64,000 nt of DNA, from contig CAVSZB010000007.1 in assembly GCA_963732385.1 (NCBI GenBank), positions 1,088,001 to 1,152,000 on the forward strand, written 5' to 3'. The stretch's first letter is position 1. Every line of letters begins with the position of its first letter. Of the stretch, positions 20,348-30,754 are shown piece after piece. The position numbers and the translations under genes are program-made. A model generated the notes under the pieces. That model ran no database searches. It was not told the DNA's origin and saw only the letters and a program-made list of their open reading frames with translations. The DNA is from an uncultured bacterium. Its GTDB lineage: Bacteria; Krumholzibacteriota; Krumholzibacteriia; LZORAL124-64-63.

Positions 20348-22099
20348 CTACCGCGCGAGCGTGATCTTGACCGTCCGCGTGCCCGCGACGGTCTGCAGCC
20401 GGGCGAAGTAGACACCCGACGGCATGGCGGCGCCACGGTCGTCACAACCGGTCCACGCCGCGTCGTGCGCGCCGGCCGAAAGTGCGGCGTCGAGCAGGGT
20501 GGCGACTCGGGCGCCGCGCGCGTTGTAGATCGCAAGCACGGCCCGGGACGGCTGCGCAAGCTCGAAATCGAATTCGGTGCGCGGGTTGAACGGATTGGGA
20601 TGGTTCGGCGCCAGCCGCAGCGCGACTGGCGGCTCGTCGCCCACGCCGGTCACCTGCTGGGTGACCGCAACGCCGCGGGTCGAGGCGGCGAGCAGGTCCA
20701 CCGCCACGTAGCAGACGTCGGTCGGCCCCGCGTCGTCGATCTGCAGCAGCGTCCCGCCGACGACGTCGTACCCGGCGCCGGGGTGGTGCGGCATGACGAA
20801 CCGCAGCAGCGCGCTCTCGAAGCGGATGGCGAAGGTGTTGGTCACCGACGCGCTCACCGAGTCGTGCGTGCCGTCGTTCGCGGGCGTGTAGACGACGGTC
20901 AGGTTCTGGCCGCTCGACCCCGCCGCGACCGACGCCAGCGGCGTCACCACCCCGTTGCTCACCCGCACGACGCGGTAGGCCCGCTTGCCGTCGCAGGTGG
21001 CGCTCGTGATGAGGTCGTACGGCCTGGTCGTGATGCTGCCGGAGTTGCTGTGCGTGTGGCCCATGAGGGCCATCTCCAGGCCCAGCGAGGAGAGGTTCAG
21101 CTGGTTCTGGAAGTCATAGTGCGTGAACAGCACCTGCGTCGTGCTGCCCGCCGCGGCCGCCAGGTCCGCGCTCAGCCATTGCAGCTGCGCCGACGTGAAG
21201 CTGTCGGTCCCGTAGTATTGCGGGAGGTAGTCGTCGTAGTTGTTGTACGCCTCCAGCCCCACGTAGTGCGCCGGCCCGTAATCGAAGCTGTAGTCCTGCG
21301 TGCGCGCCGGGGCGCCGGCCGGCGGATCCGCCAGCCGTTTCCAGCCGAAGAAGCGCCACCAGTCGCGCCGCGCGGTGCCGTCGGACGGGGGGGTCGCGTC
21401 CCAGCCGCCGAGGTCATGGTTGCCCCCGGTCAGGAAGACCGGCGCCGCGAATTCCCCCAGCACGCGCTGCGCGTGCGAGTAGTAGCGGCGCGACAGGTAG
21501 TCCTCCAGCTCCCCCTCGTTGATGAGGTCGCCGGTGAGGAGCACGAACTCCGGGTTGATGACGTTGACATCGGCGATCACCTCACGCAGGTCGACGACCT
21601 CGGAGCTGTCGGTCTCGGCCCCCGCCTCGTAGTAGTAGAGATGCGTCGGCAGGTGCGGGTCGGTGATGTGCACGAAGTAGTAGTCGCTCCGGTACGCCGG
21701 CAGGACCTTCACGGCGTGGCGCGTGACGTCGTCCACGCCGCCCGCCGCGGTGACCCGCAGGTCGTACAGTTCCGTCAGCGCCGGGGTCGGCACGGTCGCC
21801 GTCAGCCGCCACCAGAGCGTCGTCGCGTCGTAGACCGCACTGGTGATGGTCAGCGGGACATGCCGGGTCCCGTGCACGAGTTCGGCCCCCCAGCCTGTCG
21901 TGCCGACCGCCGCCACGCAGGAAATGGGAAAACTGCCGCCCGGAGTGACGAACGCGGGGATGTTCAGCAGCGGCATCTGGATAACGGTCAGGGTGTCGCC
22001 CAGAGTCTCGGCGGCGAGGACGGCGACCGGACCGGCGGCCAGGACCAGGGTCAGGATGGTCACGGCGAGATACGGGCGGAATCGGGCGAGGATGCGCAT
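20348..22099 (-). CDS. Secreted calcineurin-like metallophosphoesterase with a C-terminal FlgD-Ig sorting-type domain
   Basis: Signal peptide. ITDPH, TGDLIN, GNHD and GHTH motifs. C-terminal NHPNPFNP...WTGCDDRG...SGVYFARL. Confidence 0.85.
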   Translation of the reverse strand: MRILARFRPYLAVTILTLVLAAGPVAVLAAETLGDTLTVIQMPLLNIPAFVTPGGSFPISCVAAVGTTGWGAELVHGTRHVPLTITSAVYDATTLWWRLTATVPTPALTELYDLRVTAAGGVDDVTRHAVKVLPAYRSDYYFVHITDPHLPTHLYYYEAGAETDSSEVVDLREVIADVNVINPEFVLLTGDLINEGELEDYLSRRYYSHAQRVLGEFAAPVFLTGGNHDLGGWDATPPSDGTARRDWWRFFGWKRLADPPAGAPARTQDYSFDYGPAHYVGLEAYNNYDDYLPQYYGTDSFTSAQLQWLSADLAAAAGSTTQVLFTHYDFQNQLNLSSLGLEMALMGHTHSNSGSITTRPYDLITSATCDGKRAYRVVRVSNGVVTPLASVAAGSSGQNLTVVYTPANDGTHDSVSASVTNTFAIRFESALLRFVMPHHPGAGYDVVGGTLLQIDDAGPTDVCYVAVDLLAASTRGVAVTQQVTGVGDEPPVALRLAPNHPNPFNPRTEFDFELAQPSRAVLAIYNARGARVATLLDAALSAGAHDAAWTGCDDRGAAMPSGVYFARLQTVAGTRTVKITLAR

Positions 22100-22360
22100 C
22101 AGGATGACCTCTCCAAAGGGTGTGCGCCAGGAAGTCCCACGATCAGCCTGTGATTATAACACGGAAGAGCGGCAACGTCACGCCGGGCGGCTCCTGACCC
22201 TCCCAATAATTCCGTGCGCATTGTCTCGGTGGCGGTTGCCGTGCCGACGTCGGCCTCAATCCAGACAACCTGGCCTGGCTGCATCCATTTCTCTGCCGAA
22301 TCCATCCAGTGCGGGGCTCAATCCAGCGCCAACGAAGACTGCAGGCCGGCAATCTCCCTC

Positions 22361-22395
22361 GCGGATCGATCCGATCCTTCGCCGGATCGAATCAT
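22361..22395 (+). repeat. Direct repeat copy 1 (32/35 identical to 23721..23755)
   Basis: gcggatcgatccgatccttcgccggatcgaatcat, containing the hairpin CGATCC-ttcgcc-GGATCG. Confidence 0.85.
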
Positions 22396-22546
22396 TGGGA
22401 GGGCCAGTTCCTACGGCCCGTTGGCGAAGCCACGCGATCACGACTGTATTAGTCCTGGTTATCTCGGATTAGGATCCGAGGGTTCCCAGTGTTAACGTAT
22501 GATTTCGCCAGCCTGAGACAAGGCCCAACCGGGGAGTCCTATATTG

Positions 22547-23632
22547 ATGAAACGACCGTTCCTTTTCTTGTTCGCGGCCTTGATGGTTACGGTTGCCTTT
22601 GCAGTTTCGCCATCTTCAGCCCTCCCGATGAACAAATTGTTCTTTCTCCACCATTCGACCGGGCAGAACCTCATCAATCAGGGCGACGTTCGCGGGTGGC
22701 TGGCCAGCTACAACGCGCAAAACGGCAGCGATTTCCGGTTCTGGGACCACGACTACAATTACATCGGCCTGCGCAGGGCCGACGGCAGCAACGCCGGCTG
22801 GATCTACAACATCCCCAACGACAACACCGACCCCATCGGCCTCTACAATCTGTGGACCACGGCGAACGCCGCCCGCGACTCGATCCTCCAGAACCACGAG
22901 GTCATCGCGTTCAAGTCGTGCTACCCGGCGTCCGCGATATACACCACGCAGATCCTGCAGCAGTACCAGGCATGGTATCTCGCCATCCGCGACGTGTTCG
23001 ACCAGCACCCGGACAGGACCTTCGTCGTCATGTCCCCGCCGCCGCTGCACTGGCTGTCCACGGACCTCACGCAAGCCGACAATGCGCGGGCGTTCGCCAA
23101 CTGGCTCAAGAGCGCGGAGTATCTCCAGGGCCACCAAAATATCGTCTGCTACGACCTTTTCGATGCTCTTGCCGCGCCCGACGACCCGGGTTCGAGCACC
23201 CGGAACATGCTGCGCTACGAGTACGAAATCGATCACTTCGTCATCAACTCCCACCCCAACTCCGCCGCCAACGCCGTCGTCGGACCGCTCTTCGCGGCGG
23301 CCCTCGTCGCAGCCGCCGATTTGGACATCACCACGGCGGTGCCGACACTCTCGCTGACCCGACCGACCCTGTCCATCCACCCGAACCCGTTCAATCCGGC
23401 CGCAGAGATCGCCTTCGAACTGGCGGCGGACACGGCAGTGAAACTGAACGTGTTCAACCTGCGGGGGCAATACGTGCGGACGCTGCTCAACAACCAGCGG
23501 GAAGCCGGCGCCTATCAGGTGCGCTGGGATGGCCGCGACGACCACGGGCAGAACGCACCAGCCGGCGTTTATCTCTGCCGCCTGCAGACCGGTGACGCGA
23601 CTGTCACCAGGCGCATGGCCCTGGTGCGCTGA
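22547..23632 (+). CDS. Secreted hypothetical protein (possible SGNH-like) with a C-terminal FlgD-Ig domain
   Basis: Signal peptide. FLHHSTG, FKSCYP and SHPN motifs. C-terminal HPNPFNP...WDGRDDHG...AGVYLCRL. Confidence 0.75.
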   Translation: MKRPFLFLFAALMVTVAFAVSPSSALPMNKLFFLHHSTGQNLINQGDVRGWLASYNAQNGSDFRFWDHDYNYIGLRRADGSNAGWIYNIPNDNTDPIGLYNLWTTANAARDSILQNHEVIAFKSCYPASAIYTTQILQQYQAWYLAIRDVFDQHPDRTFVVMSPPPLHWLSTDLTQADNARAFANWLKSAEYLQGHQNIVCYDLFDALAAPDDPGSSTRNMLRYEYEIDHFVINSHPNSAANAVVGPLFAAALVAAADLDITTAVPTLSLTRPTLSIHPNPFNPAAEIAFELAADTAVKLNVFNLRGQYVRTLLNNQREAGAYQVRWDGRDDHGQNAPAGVYLCRLQTGDATVTRRMALVR

Positions 23633-23720
23633 CGAAGTAGCGGGGCGCTCCGGTCTCGTTCCGCTCGGAGCTGCGCTGCCGCAGGCAGTCTGCTCTCGGG
23701 GCTCCCACCTGATCGCACCC

Positions 23721-23755
23721 GCGCATCGGTCCGATCCTTCGCCGGATCGAATTAT
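23721..23755 (+). repeat. Direct repeat copy 2
   Basis: gcgcatcggtccgatccttcgccggatcgaattat, 1360 bp downstream of copy 1. Confidence 0.85.
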
Positions 23756-23887
23756 GAGAGACACGTCGGCTTGATCAAAGACCGCGATCTGATATCTTGA
23801 GCTGGCTGAATCCTGTCCGGCGCGCACGGCGGCCGGCATGGATGAACCGGCCGCGGCGGGCCGAAAGCTGACGGGAGCAAACTCTCC

Positions 23888-25813
23888 GTGGTGCAGCGGA
23901 ACAGCGGGAATCAACGCGCGGCCGGCGAAGCACATCCCAACGGCACCCGGGCGTCCGCGTTTCGCGCGGGCGTCGGACGGTTCGACGCGGCGGCCTTCTC
24001 GCGACTGGCCGGGCCATTCGACTGGCGGATCACCGGCAAGTGGATGCTTTTTTCCGCGCTGATCGGCGTGGCAGCGGCCCTTGGCGCCCTGGCTTTCGCC
24101 TCGCTGCTCGACGGCATCACGCACCTGAGCTTCGACCGCCTCCTCGGCTACCACCCTCCCGTGCCGGGCAGCGAAGGGGGCACGCCGGGCGCGTTCGATC
24201 TCGCGTCGGCGTTCGCGGTCGCGCATCCGTGGCTGCTGCTGGTGATCCCGACGCTCGGCGGTCTCCTCTCCGGCCTGATCGTCTACCGCTACGCGCCCGA
24301 GGCCGAAGGGCACGGCACCGACGCGGTGATCCGTTCGTTCCACCACCAGGGCGGACACATCCGTCCGCGCGTTCCGCTGGTCAAGACGGTGGCGTCGGCG
24401 TTGACCATCGGCACCGGCGGCAGCGCGGGCCGAGAGGGCCCGATCGCCCAGATCGGCGCCGGTTTCGGGTCCTACCTGGCCACGCGTCTGCGGCTCGGCG
24501 ACCGCGACCGGCGGCTGTTCCTGGTCGCCGGCATGGCGGCCGGCATCGGCGCGATCTTCCAGTCGCCGCTCGGCGGCGCTTTCTTCGCCGTCGAGGTGCT
24601 GTATCGCGAGGACATCGAGAGCGCGGCGCTCATGCCGGCGGTCATCGCCGGGGTGATGGGGTACTCCGTCTACAGCGGCATCGTCGGGTCGAGCACGATC
24701 TTCGCAACGCCGACCTTCGCTTTCGGCAGTCCCCTGGAACTGCTGCCGCTGATCGCGCTGGCGCCGGTCTGCGGCATCGTGGGCATCTTCTATGTGCGGC
24801 TGTTCTACGGCATCAAGGGCCGGCTGTTCGGCCGGCTCCCCATCCGCCCGTGGCTGAAGCCGGCGCTCGGTGGCCTGGGAGTGGGCGCGCTCGCGCTGGT
24901 CGTCCCGCCGATCCTCGGCTCGAGTTACGGCTGGCTGCAGGAGGCGATCCTGGGGAATCTGCCGGTCGGCCTGATGCTGGCGATCATCCCGGCCAAGATC
25001 CTGGCGACCTCGCTGACTATCGGCTCGGGCGGCTCGGGCGGTGTCTTCGCCCCCTCGCTCGTGATCGGCGGCATGCTCGGCGGCGTGTTCGGCAGCGTCG
25101 TGCACGCGGTCCTGCCGAGTCTGGTGCACCAGCCGTCCGCGTACGTGCTGATCGGCATGGCGACGTTCTTCGCCGGCGCCGCGAACGTGCCGATCGCCAC
25201 GACGATCATGATCTGCGAGATGACCGGCAGCTACACGCTGCTGATCCCGCTGATCTTCTCCGGCGTCACCGTGCACCTCATGTCCCGCCGCTGGAGCCTC
25301 TACACACAGCAGTTGCGGACCCACGCCGACTCGCCGGCGCACGGCGCCGACCTGAGGGGAATCCCGGCCACGGACATCACGGCGGGGGAACTGCTCGCAA
25401 CCCGGGAGCCTGTTCCCTGCCTCGGGCCGGGCAGCAGGCTCGACGAGATCATGGACACCTTCGCGCGCACACGCTGGGGCGTGCTGCCGGTCGGCGAGGC
25501 GGCCGAACCGGCCGGCGGCAGCGGCTGGACCGGTCTCGTGTACCTGGAGGAAATCCAGAGCCTGCTGAGGTCGGACCGCACAACGCAGCGGCTGATCATC
25601 GCCCGCGATCTGGAATGCGCCTTCACCGCGATCCCGGCCACGGCACCGCTGGGCGAGGCCCTCGCCGCCTTCGAACGGACGGGACGCACGGAACTGCCGG
25701 TGGTCGATGCGCAGCAGCGGATCGTCGGCATCCTGGCCGAGGCCGACGCCTCCCGGGAGTTCCGCCGGGCGCTCGTGGCGTCGCTGCGCGTCAGCGCGTC
25801 GGCCGGCCCATAA
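23888..25813 (+). CDS. ClC family chloride channel/antiporter with CBS domains
   Basis: PEAEGHGTD, GSAGREGP (gating Glu), GGSGGVFAPSL, many TM segments and a C-terminal CBS pair (LPVVD...VGIL). Confidence 0.9.
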   Translation: MVQRNSGNQRAAGEAHPNGTRASAFRAGVGRFDAAAFSRLAGPFDWRITGKWMLFSALIGVAAALGALAFASLLDGITHLSFDRLLGYHPPVPGSEGGTPGAFDLASAFAVAHPWLLLVIPTLGGLLSGLIVYRYAPEAEGHGTDAVIRSFHHQGGHIRPRVPLVKTVASALTIGTGGSAGREGPIAQIGAGFGSYLATRLRLGDRDRRLFLVAGMAAGIGAIFQSPLGGAFFAVEVLYREDIESAALMPAVIAGVMGYSVYSGIVGSSTIFATPTFAFGSPLELLPLIALAPVCGIVGIFYVRLFYGIKGRLFGRLPIRPWLKPALGGLGVGALALVVPPILGSSYGWLQEAILGNLPVGLMLAIIPAKILATSLTIGSGGSGGVFAPSLVIGGMLGGVFGSVVHAVLPSLVHQPSAYVLIGMATFFAGAANVPIATTIMICEMTGSYTLLIPLIFSGVTVHLMSRRWSLYTQQLRTHADSPAHGADLRGIPATDITAGELLATREPVPCLGPGSRLDEIMDTFARTRWGVLPVGEAAEPAGGSGWTGLVYLEEIQSLLRSDRTTQRLIIARDLECAFTAIPATAPLGEALAAFERTGRTELPVVDAQQRIVGILAEADASREFRRALVASLRVSASAGP

Positions 25814-26018
25814 TCGCCATCTTTCCGCGCTGTTTCCCTCAGCTCAGACGCCGCGCGAATCCGTACAAACATGCCTTGAACCCTGCCCGCTGCCCGGGAA
25901 TTGACCAGTTGCGCAATTCACCGAACCGGCGGTAGATTCCTGCGGACCGGAAACGCCGGACCCCGCGACCGACGGTTCCCGGAACGACGCGCTCCGGGCC
26001 GGAAAGGGAGAAAAGACC

Positions 26019-28289
26019 TTGGCATCGACCCCGGGACAGCATCCGGAAACCGAGGTCCGTCTCGCCCGCGAGATGTCCTTCTTCTCGGTGACCATGATCG
26101 GCGTGGGCGCGATGATCGGGGCCGGGATCTTCGTGCTCACCGGCATCGCCGCGGGGGTGGCGGGACCGGGCCTCATCCTGGCCTTCGCGCTGAACGGGCT
26201 GGTCACGCTGATCACGGCGATGGCCTACGCCGAACTCGGCTCCTCTTTCCACGACGCCGGCGGCGGCTATCTCTGGATCAAGGAGGGCCTCCCCCAGCCG
26301 AACGGCTTCATCTCGGGCTGGATGTCGTGGTTCGCCCACGCCGTCGCCTGCAGCCTCTACGCACTCGGATTCGGCGCCTACTTCGGCCATGTGCTGGCCG
26401 AGGGCTTCGGAGTGCACATCGAAGGGCTGCCGCTCCCGCTGGAAAAGATCCTCGCGGTGGTGGCCTGCCTGCTCTTCGCCTACGTCAATTTCCGGGGCGC
26501 CTCCGAGACCGGGAAGCTGGGCAACATCGTCACGGTCGCGAAGATCTTCGTCATCAGTCTCTTCATCGCCTTCGGCCTCGGCGTGCTCGCCCACAAGACC
26601 GGCTGGCAGGGCGAGTTCCGACCGTTCCTGCCGACGGGGATGTCGGGCATCTTCATGGCGATGGGCCTCACGTTCATCGCCTTCCAGGGCTACGAGGTCA
26701 TTGCACAGTGCAGCGAGGAGGTCGTGCAGCCGAAGCGGAACATCCCCCGCGCGATCTTCCTGGCCCTGGTGATCGTGATCCCGATCTACCTGCTGGTCAG
26801 CCTGACCGCCCTCGGGGCGATCAGCGGCCACGGCATGCCGACCTGGAAATACCTCGGGCAGCAGAAGGAGATCGCGATGGTGGAGGCGGCCCGGCAGTTC
26901 CTGCCAGGCGGCGCCGTCCTCTTCCTTGCCGGGGGACTGCTCTCCACCCTGAGTGCGCTCAACGCGACGATCTACTCCTCGTCCCGCGTCGCCTTCGCGA
27001 TGGCGCGCGACGCCAACCTGCCCGACTTCCTCGCGAAGATCCACGCCGCCAGGCACACCCCCCACCTGGCCATTCTCGCCTCCGCGCTGATCGTGATCGT
27101 GATGGCGGTCACCCTGCCGATCGAGGATGTGGCGAGCGCCGCCGACGTGATGTTCCTCCTGGTCTTCATGCAGGTGAACGTCGCCGTGATCCGCCTGCGC
27201 AAGAAACGCCCCGACCTGGACCGCGGGTTCCGCGTTCCCCTGTTCCCGTTCCTGCCGATCCTCGGGATCGCCACGCAGCTGTTCATCGCCTACTACCTCT
27301 GCCGCTACAGTCCCCGGGCGCTGGTCACCGCGGCGATCTGGATCGGCATCGGCATGGCGATCCACTACCTGTACGCGTCGAAGAAGGAAGCCCGCGTCGT
27401 CGAGTACAAGCACGCGGTCAGCCGCCTCGAGCGGAAGGAGTACCGGATCCTGGTTGCGCTCGGCGCCGAGGAGAACGTGAAGCCGCTGATCCGGGTGGCG
27501 ATCGCCATGGCGCGCCACTTCGACGCCGAGATCGTCGCCCTCGCCGCGGTGGAAGTGCCGTTCCAGACCCCCCTGGGGTACGCGACGAAGCTGCCGCAGG
27601 TGGCCGAGAGGCGGCCGCTCCTGCGGCTGGCGGAGCACCTCGCCACGGAGGCGGGGATTCCCTGTACGCGGGTGATCAAGGTCACGCACCGGCTTTCCAT
27701 CGGCATCCTGGAGACGGCCCGGGAGGAGGAGTGCAATTTCATCATCCTCGGCCGGTCGCCGCGGCCGCGGTTCGCCTCGCGGGTCGTCCGGTCGAGCATG
27801 GACCAGGTCCTGGAGGATTCGCCCTGTCACGTGGCCATCGTCAAGCCGGACCAGGTCGCGAAGGTGAGCCGCGTGACGGCGGTCGTCGAGGACGACGCGA
27901 ACTCCCGGCTCGCGCTACAGATCCTGCCGGCGCTCGCCACGGGGTGGGACGCGGCCCCGCGGGTCCTCCTCTTCGGGCAGGAGCAGGATCAGACGCACAG
28001 CCAGGGCCGCGAAGTCCTCGAATCGCTGGTCGGGGCGGAGGCGCTGCCCGCGGATCTGGAGATCCAGTCGCTCGCCGGACCGCCGCAGACACAGATGATC
28101 CTGGAGCGCTCGGGGGACGAGGGGGTCATCATCATGGGCGAGGGGACGACCTCCACGCTCACGCGAATCCTCGCCCTGGGGATCCCTGACGCGGTCGCCG
28201 AAAAGAGCGCGCGCATGGTGATCCTGACCCGGGCCCATCGTCCGCATCGCAAGCGGTCGCTCCTGATCCGCCTGCTTACCGGGTCGTGA
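26019..28289 (+). CDS. APC amino acid permease fused to universal stress protein domain(s)
   Basis: GVGAMIGAGIF, YAELGS, FQGYEVI and SSRVAFAMARD motifs. The C-terminal RILVAL...FIILG...DQVLEDSPCHVAIVK is USP-like. Confidence 0.88.
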   Translation: MASTPGQHPETEVRLAREMSFFSVTMIGVGAMIGAGIFVLTGIAAGVAGPGLILAFALNGLVTLITAMAYAELGSSFHDAGGGYLWIKEGLPQPNGFISGWMSWFAHAVACSLYALGFGAYFGHVLAEGFGVHIEGLPLPLEKILAVVACLLFAYVNFRGASETGKLGNIVTVAKIFVISLFIAFGLGVLAHKTGWQGEFRPFLPTGMSGIFMAMGLTFIAFQGYEVIAQCSEEVVQPKRNIPRAIFLALVIVIPIYLLVSLTALGAISGHGMPTWKYLGQQKEIAMVEAARQFLPGGAVLFLAGGLLSTLSALNATIYSSSRVAFAMARDANLPDFLAKIHAARHTPHLAILASALIVIVMAVTLPIEDVASAADVMFLLVFMQVNVAVIRLRKKRPDLDRGFRVPLFPFLPILGIATQLFIAYYLCRYSPRALVTAAIWIGIGMAIHYLYASKKEARVVEYKHAVSRLERKEYRILVALGAEENVKPLIRVAIAMARHFDAEIVALAAVEVPFQTPLGYATKLPQVAERRPLLRLAEHLATEAGIPCTRVIKVTHRLSIGILETAREEECNFIILGRSPRPRFASRVVRSSMDQVLEDSPCHVAIVKPDQVAKVSRVTAVVEDDANSRLALQILPALATGWDAAPRVLLFGQEQDQTHSQGREVLESLVGAEALPADLEIQSLAGPPQTQMILERSGDEGVIIMGEGTTSTLTRILALGIPDAVAEKSARMVILTRAHRPHRKRSLLIRLLTGS

Positions 28290-28329
28290 CATCCGGACGG
28301 CCGGTCGCCTTCTCCCGTGGGAGGAATCC

Positions 28330-29052
28330 ATGGCTGAGAATTTCCGTGAAGTGTTCGACAAGGCGTGGACCGCCGTCGCGGCCCAGATGGCGAACCTGAT
28401 CCCGAAGCTCCTCGTCGGCATCGCGATCCTGCTGCTGGGCCTGCTGATCGCCCGCCTTATCCGCACCTTCGTCTTCCGGATCTTCCTGGCGATCCGGCTC
28501 GACCGCATGTCGGACCGCCTGGGCATCAGCGCCTTCCTCGCCCGGGGGGACACGCGCTACACGGTCGCCGAAACGCTGGCCACGCTCGTCTACTGGGTCG
28601 TCTTCGTTTTCGCCCTGGGCATCATGAGCCAGGCGCTCGGGCTGGACGGGGTCTCCGCCTTCATGGGTCGCGTGGTCGGCTACCTCCCGCGCCTGGCGGT
28701 CGCCCTGGCGATCATTGTCGTGGGCCTCGTGGTCGGCTCGTTCATCGGCGGCGCGGTTCAGGTCACCGCGGCCAATGCTTCCTTCCCCGCTGCCCGCCAG
28801 CTCGGGCGCGCGGTGAAGTACATGACCGCCTTCTTCGCCCTCGTCATGGCGCTCGAACAATTGCAAATCGGGACCCGCTTTCTCGCCACGACACTGGACA
28901 TCGCCATCGGCGCGGTGGCGCTGGCCTTCGCGCTGGCGTTCGGGCTCGGCTGCCAGGATCTGGCGCGCGACGCGGTGCGCAACTGGCTGAGCAAGGGACG
29001 TTCCGAGCAGGAAGCGGCGGACAAGGACGCGAAGGCGCCGACCGGGCGGTAG
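28330..29052 (+). CDS. Mechanosensitive-channel TM-helix-repeat (CmpX-like) membrane protein
   Basis: Repeated IPKLLVGIAILLLG / LPRLAVALAIIVVG and C-terminal ALAFALAFGLG. GGAGG SD. Confidence 0.75.
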   Translation: MAENFREVFDKAWTAVAAQMANLIPKLLVGIAILLLGLLIARLIRTFVFRIFLAIRLDRMSDRLGISAFLARGDTRYTVAETLATLVYWVVFVFALGIMSQALGLDGVSAFMGRVVGYLPRLAVALAIIVVGLVVGSFIGGAVQVTAANASFPAARQLGRAVKYMTAFFALVMALEQLQIGTRFLATTLDIAIGAVALAFALAFGLGCQDLARDAVRNWLSKGRSEQEAADKDAKAPTGR

Positions 29053-29128
29053 GCGCGCGTTTGGCCCTGCAACCCCGCACGGCCCCTCCGTCCGCCGGAG
29101 CGGACGCAGCGGGGAGAAAAGAGACCTG

Positions 29129-30718
29129 ATGCTGCTCCCCACCGCCATGATCGCACTGCTCGCGGCGCAGATCGTGGCTCCCTCAGCGTCGGTTCTCGAG
29201 CTTCAGAATCGCACCATCATCGCCTTCCGCGCGCCCCTCGGCGCCTCCGCTCCCGAAGAGCGGGTCGCCTCGGCGACCCTGCGCATCCGCGAAGCGATGG
29301 CGACGGGCGCGGTCGAGGTCGGCACGCGTCCGCTCGGTGACGGCGTGCTCGTCACCGTGGGCGGCAGGCCGGCCTTCATGGTATCCCCCGCCGAAGCCGA
29401 CACCGCCGCCGGGATCACGGTGAGCCTGCAGGCGGACGAGTCGGCCAGGCAGCTCCGTCAGGCCATCCGGGAGCTGAGGGAGTCGCGCAGTTTCACCGCT
29501 CTGGGGATCGGCATCCTCCTCGCGCTGGCGGCGACCGCCCTGACCAGCTTCGCCATGGCGGCGCTGGTCCGCGCACGCCGGCGTCTTTTGGCCTGGAACG
29601 CGCGGCGGACGACCGGGACCGCGACCAGGCTCTCGATCAGGGGCCTCACCCTCGTGCGTGCCGACCAGATCGTGCGCACCGGCCGCTTCCTGATCACGAT
29701 CGTGGCCTGGATCCTCGGCCTCGCGGCCTCTTACGCCTACGCGACCTTCGTTCTCACCAGATTCCCCTGGACCCGGCCGCTGGGCGAGGCGCTCGGCGGC
29801 TACCTCGCGACGACGATCAGGCGCCTCGGGGCCGGGGCGCTCCATGCGATCCCGAGCCTGATCACGGTCTGCCTGATCTTCGTGGTCGCCCGGCTGATCT
29901 CGCGGCTCGTGCAGGCCGTTTTCGCGGCGGCCGCGGAGCAGCGGATCGTGCTCCCGGGAGTGCACCCGGACACCGCCTCGCCGACCCGGCGCATCGTGAC
30001 CGCGTTCGTCTGGCTGTTCGCCCTGATCGTTGCCTATCCGTATCTCCCAGGCAGCAACTCCGCCGCGTTCAGGGGGGTGTCGGTCTTTGCCGGCCTCCTG
30101 ATCACGCTGGGATCGACGGGACTCGTCGGCCAGGGGATGAGCGGGCTGGTGCTGATGTACTCCCGGAGCTTCCACGTTGGGGACTTCGTGAAGATCGGCC
30201 AGCACGCCGGCACGATCGTCAACTTCGGCACGCTCTCCACCAAGATCCGCACCACGAAGAACGAGTTCGTCACCCTCCCCAACTCGATCATCCTCGGCGG
30301 GAGCATCACGAACTACTCCTTCGCGGGCGAGGGCCACCATCCGCTCATCCTCTATTCGTCCGTGACGATCGGGTACGATGTGCCGTGGCGGACGGTGCAC
30401 GATCTGCTGATCGCGGCGGCGGCCCGCACGGAGCAGGCGGCGACCGACCCGTCCCCCTGGGTCCTCCAGACGGCGCTCGATGACTGGTACGTGGCATACC
30501 AGGTCAATCTCGCCATCGACCCCGGGGCGGCCGAGCGGATGCCGGCCATCTACAGCGCCCTGCACGCCAACATCCAGGACGCCTTCAACGAGGCCGGGAT
30601 CGAGATCATGTCGCCGAGCTACCACGCCCTGCGGGACGGAAACACGGTCGCGATCCCGGAAGGGCAGCGTCCGCAGGGACGCACCGGCGCGTTCCGCGTG
30701 GACGGCCATCCCGGCTGA
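29129..30718 (+). CDS. MscS family mechanosensitive channel with a periplasmic N-terminal domain
   Basis: SFHVGDFVKIG, STKIRT, VTLPNS, VTIGYDVPWR and FNEAGIEIMSP motifs. Confidence 0.88.
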   Translation: MLLPTAMIALLAAQIVAPSASVLELQNRTIIAFRAPLGASAPEERVASATLRIREAMATGAVEVGTRPLGDGVLVTVGGRPAFMVSPAEADTAAGITVSLQADESARQLRQAIRELRESRSFTALGIGILLALAATALTSFAMAALVRARRRLLAWNARRTTGTATRLSIRGLTLVRADQIVRTGRFLITIVAWILGLAASYAYATFVLTRFPWTRPLGEALGGYLATTIRRLGAGALHAIPSLITVCLIFVVARLISRLVQAVFAAAAEQRIVLPGVHPDTASPTRRIVTAFVWLFALIVAYPYLPGSNSAAFRGVSVFAGLLITLGSTGLVGQGMSGLVLMYSRSFHVGDFVKIGQHAGTIVNFGTLSTKIRTTKNEFVTLPNSIILGGSITNYSFAGEGHHPLILYSSVTIGYDVPWRTVHDLLIAAAARTEQAATDPSPWVLQTALDDWYVAYQVNLAIDPGAAERMPAIYSALHANIQDAFNEAGIEIMSPSYHALRDGNTVAIPEGQRPQGRTGAFRVDGHPG

Positions 30719-30754
30719 GCCGGCAGGGCCGCGCCGCTGACGGCCCGCCTCCGG

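Noticed and set aside
22616..27830. Minus-strand ORFs 22616..25342 and 25839..27830
   Set aside because: They are antisense to well-supported + strand genes and show no family motifs.
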